DNA of 64,000 nucleotides from Leucoraja ocellata. Taxonomy: Eukaryota. Of the stretch, positions 35,840 to 48,174 are shown one piece after another (position 1 is the first letter of the stretch; each line of letters opens with the position of its first letter). The stretch is from assembly GCA_036785375.1 (NCBI GenBank), contig JAWMAR010000020.1:9052001-9116000 (forward strand), in the 5' to 3' direction. The notes under the pieces were generated by a model that saw only the letters and a program-made list of their open reading frames with translations, ran no database searches and was not told where the DNA came from. The position numbers and the translations under genes were made by a program.

Positions 35840-35972
35840 TAAGTTCTTCTTCTTCTTTTCGTGTCCATCTTGTTACAAATGTTGGCCTCGCTGTCATCGT
35901 TCGCCCTGAAAAGGACGCAAGCTTCCGGCGCCAATCAGCGGGAGCCATCACTTGTCGCAGTAGATGATGGTG
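35840..35972 (-). mobile_element. Possible LINE 3' end with (GAA)n tail (RTE-like)
   Basis: Reverse complement ends ggacacgaaaagaagaagaagaa; CpG-rich island in AT-rich flanks. Confidence 0.35.
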
Positions 35973-36751
35973 GTAGCAGAATTAGCTCAGGATACTTCCA
36001 GTTTCTAATCCCATGACGTGGAAGTTTCTGCTATTGGGCCTATATATAAGTTATCTTTATGGGATAAAACCCTAACTGATACAGCAGCTTTTCCTCACAC
36101 TGTTCAACACCCGTGAATGCATCCGCTATTCCCTCCCTCTTAACCCCTGCCCCTACCTGCTCAAGATCCTCTTCCCTGACAAGGATCTATTACCACCTGA
36201 TAAAATTGCTCTACTCTTTTAAATCCCTTTTCTAACTGTAATTCTAGCACAATTCCTGAGTGTTCTGATTATATTCTGCACTCTGTATTGTCCCCTTTGC
36301 TCTACCTTTTGTAATTGAGTTTGATTGTATTTTGTTTAGATTAGTTTAGAAATACGGCGCAGAAACAGGCCCTTCGGTACACCGAGTCCCTGCCGACCGG
36401 CGATCACCACATGACTCTACATGATATATTTTGCACAATTCTAAATGCCATATTTTGAAAAGGATAGATTTCCCAGGGAGGGTGTAAAAATGATTTGATC
36501 GTAATATTCCAGATAGCAGGAAAGGGTGGCTCTCTATTCTCAATCTGACTCCATAACTGAATGAACATAATCGATTTATAATCAAACAAGCATTCCCTGC
36601 TTCATCACATTTTATTTCTTTGTTTAACAGAATGTAATATCAGATTGATAACTATCAATTGACATGATATTACTTAAAACATTTTAATACAACCAAATGC
36701 CCATTGAAACATTTCCAAACTTTGCTTCTGAAAGATTGGCTCCAATTCTTA

Positions 36752-36977
36752 TGCCCCTGTCCCACTTAGGAAACTTGAACGGAAACCTCTGGAGACTTTG
36801 CGCCCCACCCAAGGTTTCCGTGCGGTTCTCGGAGGTTGCAGGTGGTTGCCGGAGGTTGCAGGTTGTGGAAGCAGATAGGGAGACTGACAAAAACCTCCGG
36901 GAACCGCACGGAAACTTTGGGTGGGGCGCAAAGTCTCCAGAGGTTTCCGTTCAGGTTTCCTAAGTGGGACAGGGGCA
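36752..36977. mobile_element. PIF/Harbinger-type MITE (family D), near-perfect palindrome
   Basis: TTA TSD at 36749-36751 and 36978-36980; about 85-bp inverted arms. Confidence 0.92.
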
Positions 36978-37529
36978 TTAGACACCATCTCTGGGTCGTG
37001 GACTGCCCAATAAATGGAAGTAATCTCGTTCAGTCTATTCCTTCAGTTTCTCGTACTTAAATCAAATCGCCTCCTAATCTACTGGCTATCAGGGAACACA
37101 ATCCTAGTTTTGGTAATCGCTCCTTGTAATTTGATCATAGTAGTCCTCTTAACATTGCAGTAAATCTGTACTTCATTACCTCCAAAAGCAACACATCTTC
37201 CCGAGCTTTACTCCCCAGAACTCCCTGTGCATGTGTGGTCTAATCAGAAACTTGAATAGTTGCATTTCTACCCTCCTGTATTCTAGTTCAAATATAAAGA
37301 CTAGAATTCATTAGATTATTTGGTTATTTTCCATCTGCATACCCCCAAGTGTCTCTGCAGTTCCAATGCTTCTAGCATTAAGAAAGTAATCTTGTAAACC
37401 TTTTTTAGATCAAAAGCAGATGAACTCACTTTTGGCTACATTGCCATTTACTTGGCAACGGTTTGTTGATTTGTTTAATCTTGAATTAATTATCTTTGAT
37501 TTTATGCTTCTACCTGCATGCAGCCTTAA

Positions 37530-37810
37530 CGGGTGGTACGGTGGTGCAGCGGTAGAGTTGCTGCCTTACAGCACCAGAGACCCGGGTTCGACCCTGACTA
37601 CGGGTGCTGTCTGTACAGAGTTTCTACGTTCTCCCGACATTGTGGGTTTTCGCCTGGTGCTCTGGTTTCCTCCAAATACGTACAGGTTTGTGGGTTAATT
37701 GGCCTCAGTAAAATTGTAAATAGTCTCCAGTGCTTAGGATAGTGCTAGTGTACAGGGTGATCGCTGGTCGCTGCGGAATCGGCGAGCCAAAGCTGTATCT
37801 CTAAAGTCTA
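37530..37810 (+). mobile_element. V-SINE
   Basis: Head, V-domain, tail. Confidence 0.92.
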
Positions 37811-37989
37811 CATGCTCAACTGAAGGCAAAGGCTTGGTGTGCAGTTGTCAAGAAGCACTAAATCGAGATTTTCAGCTTCATTGTACTCTCAATTCTATTT
37901 CCAACTGTGTTGTGGTGAAAATATTCTTGTAAATTTAACTCCCAGGTTTAGTGGATAAACAATGTGTGAAATATAATTTTTAGTCAATT

Positions 37990-38450
37990 GTCTTTTTTTC
38001 CCCAAAATACGAATAAAAAATATATTCAAAATAAAAACTGTGCAAAAACTCTTCGTACATTCTCAGTGTCATATTCAGTTATGTTTGCAGATATCTTTAA
38101 TGAAAACACATGCCACTCATAGAGTCATAGAGTAGTACAGCACAGGCCCTATGGTCCAACTTGTCCATGCCAGCCAAGATGCCCCATCCATGCTAGTCCC
38201 ACCTGTCCATGTTTGGCTCAAATCTCTCTAAACTTTCCTGCTACTCATGTAATCCACTGGAATGACATCCTTCCCTTCTTTGAGGGATGTCCCCACCGGA
38301 CCCTGGCCCTCAATGTCTGGCAGCGGAAGGACCCTGTACAGTGGTCCTCCCCCACAGAGCCTTGGCGCTGGCTACACCGGGTTTCAGTGCGTCCCTCAGC
38401 AGGTACTCCTGCAGTCTGGGGCGGGCCAGTCAGCAATATTCCCAAGCGGA
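37990..38450 (-). mobile_element. Tx1-like LINE 3' end with a nested CR1 tail (38120-38240)
   Basis: Reverse complement homologous to 9350-9700. Confidence 0.75.
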
Positions 38451-38609
38451 CATCCCGCTGTGCTGCTAAACCAAATGCTTCACACGCTCTCAGCGTCTAT
38501 ACGGTCGAGGTCGAAGACGGTTGAGGACGGCCCATGTGGTCAGATGTGTCACCAAGAAAAAAGGAGGAGCTGGCATGGGGGAACCGCTGAGAACAAAGGA
38601 GGACCCAGC

Positions 38610-39572
38610 CACTTGTGCGTGGGGAGAGGGCAGGGCTGAAGATGTCCTGGTTGGGTTGCTCCTATGCCTGGCCAAGTTGGGGTTACATCCGAGCCCGGGT
38701 GGTACTAGAGAGGGGGTCCACGGGCACTCTGGGGGATTTCCGGGACCGCGGGCAGTGGAATGCATCACTTCTATATTGAGTATAGAAGTTGGGATGTAAT
38801 GTTAAAATTGTACAAGGCATTGGTGAGGCCAATTCTGGAGTATGGTGTACAATTTTAGTCGCCTAATTATAGGAAGGATGTCAACAAAATAGAGATAGTA
38901 CAGAGGAGATTTACTAGAATGTTACCTGGGTTTCTGCAACTAGGTTACAGAGAAAGGTTGAACAAGTTAGGGCTTTATTCTTTGGAGCGCAGAAGGTTAA
39001 GGGGGGACTTGATAGAGGTCTTTAAAATGATGAGAGGGATAGACAGAGTTGACGTGGATAAGCTTTTCCCACTGAGAGTAGGGAAGATTCAAACAAGGGG
39101 ACATGACTTGAGAATTAAGGGACAGAAGTTTAGGGGTAACATGAGTGGGAACTTCTTTACTCAGAGAGTGGTGGCTGTGTGGAATGAGCTTCCAGTGAAG
39201 GTGGTGGAGGCAGGTTCGTTTTTATCATTTAAAAATAAATTGGATAGTTATATGCATGGGAAAGGAATGGAGGGTTATGGTCTGAGCGCAGGTATATGGG
39301 ACTAGGGGAGAATATGTGTTCAGCATGGACTAGAAGGGTCGAGATAGCCTGTTTCCATGCTGTAATTATTATATGGTTAATAAGGATGGTGATATAGTTG
39401 TATTTATAGTATAACTGGTATTGATAAATATTTATTTGTATTATAGTGGTGGGATTTGTTTTGATTTATTTTGTACTGTACATATTGTAAATAATTTAAT
39501 AAATTATTTTTGGTTAAAGAAAATGAGAATTACATTTTTTTTTTAAAGAAAAAGAAAAAAGAAAAAAGAAAA
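38610..39572 (+). mobile_element. Second Tx1-like LINE 3' end with A-rich tail and 15-bp TSD; contains a CR1 insertion
   Basis: GRAEDVLVGLLL.LAKL..YIRARVVLER..GTLGDFRDR..VECI, then NKDGDIVV after the CR1; AAAGGAGGACCC(A/G)GC at 38595-38609 and 39571-39585. Confidence 0.65.
38768..39378 (+). mobile_element. CR1 LINE 3' part (fairly young)
   Basis: ORF 38919-39305 YRERLNKLGLYSLERRRLRGDLIEVFK..TRGH..FFTQRVVAVWNELP. Confidence 0.95.
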
Positions 39573-40149
39573 AGGAGGACCCGGCTTTGGGGAACCGCCG
39601 AGAACTAAAGGAGACCACAATGGGATGAGTTAAAAATGGTTTGTGTTAAAATGGGATACTAGTAACTGTCGGTGCCCTTTATGTAGCAACTCTTTGCATA
39701 CCTTGGGTACACAAAACAAATATCACGGTGACTTTTCACATGTGATAATAAAGTATAATTCATTCATTCGCTTTCATTCGTGTTATACTCAGTAGTGTTC
39801 ACGTCTATCCTTAAACAAGCACCTTTGCCACTCTTGTGGCCCCCTGGGGTGATATCCCTTCCCTTCCTTGAGGGGTGTCCCCACCAGACTCTGCCGCTCA
39901 AGCCAACCAACAAATGAAGCGTAAATTATCACTAATAGTTTTGTCACATACTCTCAATAAGGGACCACCCTATCACTTGTTGTCCATGCCAATGCCAAAA
40001 TGTTCTCCTTTTGAACATTTCCCACATGTGGCAATACACCATTTACAAGAAGTGAACAACTTTTCATTTCTTAGCATAGTTATATGTGTGTTTCACACAT
40101 TTGCGCCATTTCGTGTAGTCTCTATTTAATCCACATTTGCAATTCATTT

Positions 40150-40660
40150 AAATATTCAATTATGCATCAATAATTGGCAGACGGGTAGTTTAATGCAGGT
40201 AAGCGCAGAGTTACGCATTCAGGGAGACAGAATAAGCGGAGAGATTGTGGGATCAGTGGGAAAACACTAACAAAGGTAAATCAGGAAAGCAGTCTGAGAA
40301 TAATGGTGGCTGCATCCCTCAGAACATCATGCAGTTAGCTGGCCAATGTAGATGTGGTGTGTAGGAAGGAACTGAAGATGCGGGTTTAAACCGAAGACGG
40401 ACACAAAAAGCTGGAGTAACTCAGCGGGACAGGCAGCATCTCTGGAGAGAAGGAATGGGTGATGTTTCAGGTCGAGTCCCTTCTTCAGATGGGTGTTGGA
40501 TTGTAATCAAAGGAATGGATTGCAGATCAAAGTAGGATAGTGTGCAGAAATGTGTTCAGAGCATACCAGGACCATTGTGTGTAGTAACAGGATGACCAAG
40601 AGGGTGGATGGGATCCTGCAAAGTTGTGGGGGGAGCATAAAGAGTAACAGATGAGACTCG
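40150..40660 (+). mobile_element. Old CR1 RT fragment with a Penelope short unit inserted (40360-40490, minus)
   Basis: Decayed WQ..FN..K..V.H motif; gatgtttcaggtcgagtcccttcttcag unit. Confidence 0.6.
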
Positions 40661-40704
40661 GGTCAAAGATCTTTGACACTTTCCATGGGAGGGAATACAT
40701 GGGC

Positions 40705-40981
40705 GTGCTGCTGCCTTACAGCGCCAAAGAGCTGGGTTCGATCCCGACTACGGGTGCTGACTGTACGGAGTTTGTACATTCTCCCCATGGCCCGTGTGAG
40801 TTTCCTCCGAGTTCTTCGTTTTCCCCTCGCACTCCAAAGATGTACAGCGTTGTAGGCTAATTGGCTTGGTAAAAATGTAAATTGTCCCTCCTGTGTGTAG
40901 GATAGTGTTAATGTGCGGGGGCCACTGGTCGGTGCGAACTCGGTAGGCCAAAAGGCCTGCTTTTACGCTGTTTCTCTAAAA
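40705..40981 (+). mobile_element. V-SINE with a hAT element in its tail
   Basis: Partial head, V-domain, tail; the ctaaa repeat resumes at 41755. Confidence 0.88.
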
Positions 40982-41754
40982 CAGCATTTCTCAACCGGGG
41001 TTCCCCGGAACGCTGGGGTTCCTCGAGAGGTCATCAGGGAAATAGTAATAAATAGGCTAATCATATGTAACTGCATTTTTTAGTTATTTTTTGTGTTTAA
41101 TTTCATATTCGTAATTTTATCATACATGTACGGCATATTTAGCTAATTCTATTTAGCACATTTAGCGACGTCTATATGACTTCGGTGTGAAAAGACCTTT
41201 AGTGGTCAGTGGACAGGACATGACAGATGTGTGTATCATCAAGTGACGCATGCATGGCCTCCATCAGTCTTCCTGGTGTGCGGGTACATTCTCTCATTCA
41301 CCCACGTTATTTCGTAATTTTTACCCATCATTTCGGGATGTTATATGAATTTAAAAAATGTAAGTATGGTTCTGTTTAATTTTGTTAGCTTATCAAAAGT
41401 TTATTCATGTATGTTTTTGTTAGTTTATGAAAAGTTTTTGAGTGTTGTTTTCTCTCTTTCTCACGTTCACTCTCCTCCAAGGTTAGTTCTTCTGCCTTTA
41501 TTTGTTTCAGTTTTGAACAAACAGTTTAATTTCAGGTTTTTTTTTGCATTGTCAATAAACTTGAGAAAAATGTGTTATTTTTTGCATAAACCAGTAATCA
41601 GAAAAATATATTATGTTTGCCTTATGAACTTTAAGTTTATGAAAGGGAAAGAAAGAGATTAATAAAGATATATAATAATTTTTATGTAGGGGTTCCCTGA
41701 GACATGAAAATAATTTCAAGGGTTCAGCAAGGGTAAAAAGGTTGAGAAACGCTG
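40982..41754. mobile_element. Non-autonomous hAT-Charlie-type DNA transposon
   Basis: 15-bp TIRs cagcatttctcaacc / ggttgagaaacgctg; 8-bp flanks ctctaaaa / gtctaaac; AT-rich interior. Confidence 0.85.
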
Positions 41755-41844
41755 GTCTAAACTAATCTAATTATAGCTTTGGCCAGAAGTGTTTGCTTTG
41801 GCATTTGTGCCTTACAAAGATGTAAGTGTAACCAGGGGCTAACT

Positions 41845-42420
41845 ATAACAACATTTAAAATAAATTTGCTCAGGTACATGGATAGGAAAGGTTTAGAGGG
41901 ATATAGGCCAAACATGGGCAGGTGGGACTAGTTTAGATGGGGTATCTTGGTCAGCATGGGTTAGGTGAGCCAAGGGGGCTGTTTACTATGACTCGGATTC
42001 TGGAACAATATGAGTAAAATATTAATTCACTTACTTTGATCTTATAGATGTGTATAAAATCATGAGAGGAATAGATTGGGTAGATGCACAGAGTGTCTTA
42101 GTCTCTTGCCCAGAGTAGGGGAATCAAGACCAGAGGGCATAGGTTTAAGGTGAATGGGGAAAGATTTTATAAGAATCTGAGGGGTAGGTTTGTCACACAA
42201 AGGATGGTAGGTGAATGGAACAAGCTGCTGGAGGAGTTAGGTTAAACTAATGCAGCGTTTAAGAATCAATTAGACAGGTATATGGATAGGACAGGTTTGG
42301 AGGGATATGGGCCAAATACAGGCAAGTGGATCTAGTGTAGACAGGACACGTTGGTCGTTGTGGGCAAGTTGGGCCGAAGGGTATATTTCCACGCTATATG
42401 ACTCTATGACCCTCTAACTA
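41845..42420 (+). mobile_element. Two CR1 3' fragments
   Basis: DLIDVYKIMRGID.VDA..ESRPEG remnant; two tails. Confidence 0.85.
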
Positions 42421-43138
42421 TGACTTGGAATACAGTTGATTTTTTGAATGCCTACCAAAAATGGTGGAGTAACAAGTAGCAGATAGCTTAGATCTCTTCA
42501 TCTTGAAGAGAAATGCATTATTAATTGTCAGCGCAAAGACTGCAGGAAGGCCTTGGAGAACCAATTACACCTTCCAGCCTTAAGCCCTTCTAAGTCAACG
42601 GAGATTTGACGGATTCTCTATCGAGCTACTGACTATGTATACACATGTATTTCATACTATGAAGTAGAAGCTTTAGCACAAGGGCATTCCGGATACATTT
42701 ACCAACATCTGTATAATAATACGTCCTGAATCTGAAGAGAGAAAATGCATTTTTTAAAGTAATTGCACCATGAAACCTTTTCCCTTTTAAGGGATGAACA
42801 GAGTTTGCATTCAATGAAAATGTTCACCAAAATATTTCAGCTAGTTTGGGTCTTGATTAAATCAATCACCCTTTTAAAATGCCAAGTTAGTTTTATACAC
42901 GCTTCAGAGATCCCTCCCAAATACCATGCTTGTCAATACCTGGACTAGTGAAACGATCTTCCATTAAGCTGTAGATGCCTCTGTTGTATCTATAGTCATA
43001 GCCACTCAAGAATCAAGAGTATTATTGCCGTTTGTCCCGGGCAAAACAATGAAATTCTTACTTGAAAATGAAATTCTATCCAATTGTTATTTACTACTGT
43101 GTGAGTGAGAGTGGGACATGATTATCACTGATCAGTAA

Positions 43139-43331
43139 AGGGCTTGTCCCACTTGGGCGTCATTTGCGCGACACCATTTACGCATCACGACGCACGGTGC
43201 ACGGTGCACGGTGCGTGGTGACGCAGGCAGTAACGCGCGGTTGAGCGCGCCGCCCCAGGATTTTGGGATTCACAAAATCTTCGCACGCCACCTGCGTCTC
43301 GCGCAAATGATGCCCAAGTGGCACAGTCCCT
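43139..43331. mobile_element. PIF/Harbinger-type MITE (family A)
   Basis: TAA TSD at 43136-43138 and 43332-43334; about 33-bp TIRs; core ccaggattttgggatt..caaaatc shared with 23448-23661. Confidence 0.9.
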
Positions 43332-43989
43332 TAAGTGGTGGGATCAGAGTGGGAGTCAGCCATCTTAGTTTAGTGGGAGCGAGGGAGGTGATAGAGAAGT
43401 CAAGGAGGTGGGAGGGAGGAGGGAGGGAGAGTCAGGTTAGGTGGTGCGTGCGCAGTTTGGCAGTCAAAGGTCATAAGGTCATAAGCCATTCGGCCCATCA
43501 AGTCTACCCCGCCATTCAATCGTGGCTGATCTATCTCTCTCTCCTGCTCCCTCCCCATCACCCCTGACACCCGTACTAATTAAAGTGAATATTATTGGGA
43601 TGCAATGAGCATTGGGGGACGTAAGGGTGTGCTGGACAGTAAGAGGAGGGTGTGGTTGATGGGTGATGTGAGGTGGAGTCTGTTGTGAGTGGGGTGAGTA
43701 GGTGGGTAGTGGGAGCTGAGGGGGGTTATGATGTTCGGGGCTACAGGAGATATGGGCTACCACGGTCTCTTTTCAGTTTTTTCATCATTCAGTTGGCAAA
43801 ACCTGCTGCTACAGAGTTCAATGTTCCCAGCTTTATCGGATGTATTCTATCCTAAGTGGCCTGTCCATATTAAATCCTGTTTGCTTTAGTTCAGTTTAGT
43901 TTTGAGATACAGCGCAGAAACAGGCCCTGGTCTGCCCCAGCGCTTGCTGGGAGTTTCCCTATTGCGCCTTCCTTATTACTGAAGTATAT

Positions 43990-44297
43990 TTTAGTCTAGT
44001 TTAGAGATACAGCACAGAAACAGGCCCTTTGGCCCACTGAGTCCACACCGACCAGCGATCCCTGCACATTAATACAATCCTACACACACTGGGGACAATT
44101 TACAATGACACCAAGCCAATTAACCTACATACCTGTATGTTTTTGGAGTGTGGGAGGAAACTGGAGATCCTGGAGAAAACCCACGCAGGTCACGGGGAGA
44201 ACATACAAACTCTGTACAGACAGTACCCGTAGTCAGGATCGAACCCGGGTCTCTGGAACTGTAAGACTGTACCTCTACCGCTGCGCCACCGTGCCGC
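43990..44297 (-). mobile_element. V-SINE, full length
   Basis: Reverse-complement tail, V-domain, A/B boxes. Confidence 0.94.
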
Positions 44298-44805
44298 TTT
44301 CCTGCAGCATTATCTATTCACTTATTCAATTTTTATGTTTGTAATTATCTGATCCCATCTTTACTGCTTGGAATTCAGCATTTCTTCATGTTGCGGGCAA
44401 ACCCGGGTACCAAGCTTTCTATTTTCATCATCTTAATCGATACAGAATACAGTGAACAGTTCTGTATTCATCTATGACCTTTGCATGATCCCACCGGTTA
44501 GATTCTGCCCATTACTGTCTCCAACGTCACCTGCCTACTCTCTTGACTAGGTTGATGGTTTTGCAGCATTTTCAGGAACACCAGCAGTGTGAAATGCCTT
44601 CTGAAACTTTATACAGAATAGCATCTGGAAACAAAGCCCAGCCCATAACACACCTCTTCAAAATATTCACACAGGGCTCAATTCGTGAACCCGGGCAGCT
44701 TCTGTAGTTACGAGCAACGCACCTGTAAGCTCTTCACCTGGCTTTTTTATTGCCCTACGGTGGTGATCATCTGTTCCTGGATGTGTGTGCACTTTTGGAT
44801 ATTTT

Positions 44806-45157
44806 AAGTTTAGTTTAATTTAGTTTAGTTTATTTTAGTTTAGTTTAGTTTAGTTTAGTTTAGAGATACAGCGCGGAAACAGGCCCTTCGGCCCACCGAG
44901 TTTGCACCGTCCAGCGATCCCCGCATACCAACACTATCCGACACACCAGGGACAATCAACAATTTTACAAAGCCAATTAGCCTACAAACCTGTACGTCTT
45001 TGGAGTGTGGAAGGAAATCAGAACACCCGGAGAAAGCCTACACGGTCATGGAGAGAACGTACCAACTCCGTACAGACAGCACCCTTAGTTAGGATCGAAC
45101 CCGAGTCTCTAGAGCCGTAAGGCAGCAGCTCTAATGCTGCACCACTATGCCGTCCCT
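44806..45157 (-). mobile_element. V-SINE with expanded (TTTAG)n tail
   Basis: About 10 TTTAG units at 44808-44862; full body. Confidence 0.94.
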
Positions 45158-45289
45158 AACATAAAACAGTACAGCACAGGAGCAGGCCCTTCAGCCCGCA
45201 ACGTACATGCTAAACGTGATGCCTAGATGGCGCTGAAGCCAGGCGACTATTTGCGTCTGGTTCCAGGAGTGGATCTGCTATCATTCATT

Positions 45290-45500
45290 ACAATTGTTCC
45301 TCTCTTTTAAATCTTTACTTCATCAGCAGCACTTCTTACTCTAACTATGCTATTCCCTTTATCCTGTATCTGTACACTATGGGCGGCTTGATTTGTAATT
45401 ATGTGCAGTCTTTTCACTGACTGGACAGCACACAACAGAAAAGCTTTACGCTAGTTCTTGGTATGGGTGACCATAATAAACCAAACTAAACTAAACTAAG
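45290..45500 (+). mobile_element. Rex1/Babar 3' UTR
   Basis: Homologous to 2540-2690. Confidence 0.75.
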
Positions 45501-45694
45501 CTAATCTCCTCTGCCTGCATGTGATCCATATCCCTCTTAATAGCCACTTTCATAATAGCCAGTCCTTTAGCCCTTTAATCTTAATTTAATATTCATTCTA
45601 AAATTTCCTCTGCATCACTTAATTTTATGTACCTAGACATTATTGGGACTCTTCCTTCACTGTGGAAACAGAATATAGAACATCCATTTAACGA

Positions 45695-46348
45695 GAGTGC
45701 TCTCCATAATGTTTGGGACAAAGACACATCATTTATTTATTTGCTTCTGTACTCCACAATTTGAGATTGCCTCAAAACTCATTGGCCGGCAGTTCGTTCT
45801 ACAGCAAGACAATGATCCCAAACATACTGCTAAAACAAAAAGGAGTTTTTCAATGCTAAAAAATGGTCAATTCTTGAGTGGCCAAGTGAATCACCCGATC
45901 TGAACCCAATTGAGCATGCCTTTTGTATGCTGAAGAGGAAAGGGGACTAGCCCCCAAAACAAGCATAAACTAAAGATGGCTGCAATACAGGCCTGGCAGA
46001 GCATCACCAGAGAAGACACCCAACAACTGGTGATGTCCATGAATCGCAGACTTCAATCGCAGTCATTGCATGCAAAGGATATGTAACAACATACTAAACA
46101 TGACTACTTTCATTTAGATGACATTGCTGTGTCCCAAGCATTATGGTGCCCTGAAATGGGGGACTATGTATAAACACTGCTGTAATTTCTACAAGGTGAA
46201 ACCAAAATGTATAAAAATGGCTTTTATTAAATCTGAAAATGTGCATTTTAACCACGTGATTTTTTTCTATTACAAATCTCAAATTGTAGAGAACAGAGGC
46301 AAATAAATAAATGATGGGTCTTTCTCCCAAACATTATGGAGGGCACTG
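45695..46348 (+). mobile_element. Tc1-family transposon, internal-deletion derivative
   Basis: TIRs (c/g)agtgc.ctccataatgtttgg..aatttgagatt at both ends, TA after the right end; transposase remnant FVLQQDNDPKHTAK..LEWPSESPDLNPIEH. Confidence 0.92.
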
Positions 46349-46999
46349 TATTACTATCCGTTATAGTCTTTCCTGTGTCTGTCTCTAATGAATCCTTGGT
46401 CATTGTTTCTTTAGAACACAATCATTATATCAGAACAACTACTTAGTCAATCAGAACGAATAAAATTATTGTATCCTGTTTGTTATTTACTTAATGACGA
46501 TATATCACAGTGACACATCGGGGAATGAGATGTATCGAGATAAGCTGATGTGCCGTTGGGATCCTCTGGTGATGTATTATCTGTCAAGTGTCGAGTTTGA
46601 CATGTAGCCTCATGGCTTGTTATTTTTTCTGGACAATCATTTTCCATGTGAAATATAAATCTGCAGAGTATGTTAAAGGTGAGGCGGCAGATCTTTCAAC
46701 ATTCTCAATTGTTCTGTGTCCTCTGCATTGTATAGAAATAGCTGGCTTGGCAAAATAAAACTGTCTGCTCCCCAACAAGCAAATGATTACTGAGTCTAGC
46801 TTCCAATGGATTTAATCAGTAGCTTTAAAACCAAGCAACACTTTATTCCGCTGAACACCTTCGCTCAGTCCGCCTTGGCCTACGCGATCTCCCAGTTGTC
46901 AAACACTTTAACTCCTCTTTACATTCCCACCCTAGTGGCCTTGCTAATTTCACAGCCATCCTGCTTAATTTCGCTGTATCATTTATTAATTTCTAGTGT

Positions 47000-47295
47000 T
47001 CTTAGTTTCACATGTCTCCTCGTTATCACAGCCAACAATGGACCATTGTGGGCTCCACATTTCCTCAATCATCGGTGCTGCCTTTGATTTGTTCCTTTCA
47101 TACCTTTCATTAATTTGTTCCTCGTATCTTTTCATACCTCTAGTTTCCCTCTGCCCTGACTCTCAGTCAGGAGATGGGGCTCGGCCCGAAACGTCTCCAA
47201 TTCCTTTTCTCCAGAGATGCTGCCTGACCCGCTGAGTTACTCCTGCGTTTTGTGTCTATCTTCGGTGTAAACCTGCATCTGCAGTTCCTTCCTAA
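47000..47295 (+). mobile_element. Penelope-like 3' UTR, short unit and tail
   Basis: Homologous to 22490-22765; decayed core tcaggagatggggctcggcccgaaacgtc. Confidence 0.85.
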
Positions 47296-48174
47296 GCGCT
47301 CTGGTCATCCTGTGTGCTCCTGGCTCCTTTTAAACAGCAGGTGCCATGGAAGACCATCGCAATAAATAGCCACCTCCATGCACACAACAGTTCCTTGAGC
47401 ATTTTATGAATCACTAAGGAGTAACACAGCATCAAAAGAGGCTCATGAACTAGGCATGAAATAAGCCTCGTAGGTTGGTCTGATGCCCAAGCATCATCAG
47501 CACATTGGTTTTTTATGGCTCAGGCAGTCCTTTCAACACATTGCTTTATTACTCAATAAATACCTGTACAGAGGGGTTAGTACTTAATGGCACAGGCAAA
47601 GGTTCCCTTTCTGTGGTTTGGAACCGGGTAACAAAATATCCATTACTTTTAGTAATAATGCATAAGAATTTCTGGCTTCCTGCATTTGCTGTAATTATAT
47701 TTTTCTATACCCAGTCAACGAGCCCTGATTAAACTCTGGATTAAAGGGGCTGTTTCATTTCCTTCTGTTCATCCTATTCCAGTGCGGACTGTTGCGGCTT
47801 CCCAGTGTCGAGGCTTGCTTGTAATTGATGGGGTAGGCTTCGAGTGTAGGATTCTGATTGATTATCCTGGAGTCAGATGATGGAGCTAACTCCCAATCTT
47901 TCATGTTGAAATGTAATTGAGTGTGTGGGTGCTGAGAAAACAGTCCAGCATAGAAGGGGACTGTTCTGGCTATGCTACAAGGGCTTAGTAAAGAAACTAT
48001 TCTTTGAGTTATATTTTGATGTGGTTTGCAACCCATTAATTTTTACCATACTTATATCATACATGAATGGTTATCTGTGAATAGATTAATATTTATGCTA
48101 TAATGTAAAATTTATTACGTCAAAAGGAACAGAAAATGATTGCAGAATAACTGAGGTATTGTTATCAGTTCAAG

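Noticed and set aside
47755-48036. 93-aa minus-strand ORF and a good plus-strand acceptor at about 47781
   Set aside because: No recognisable motif or convincing donor/frame; could be chance in unique DNA
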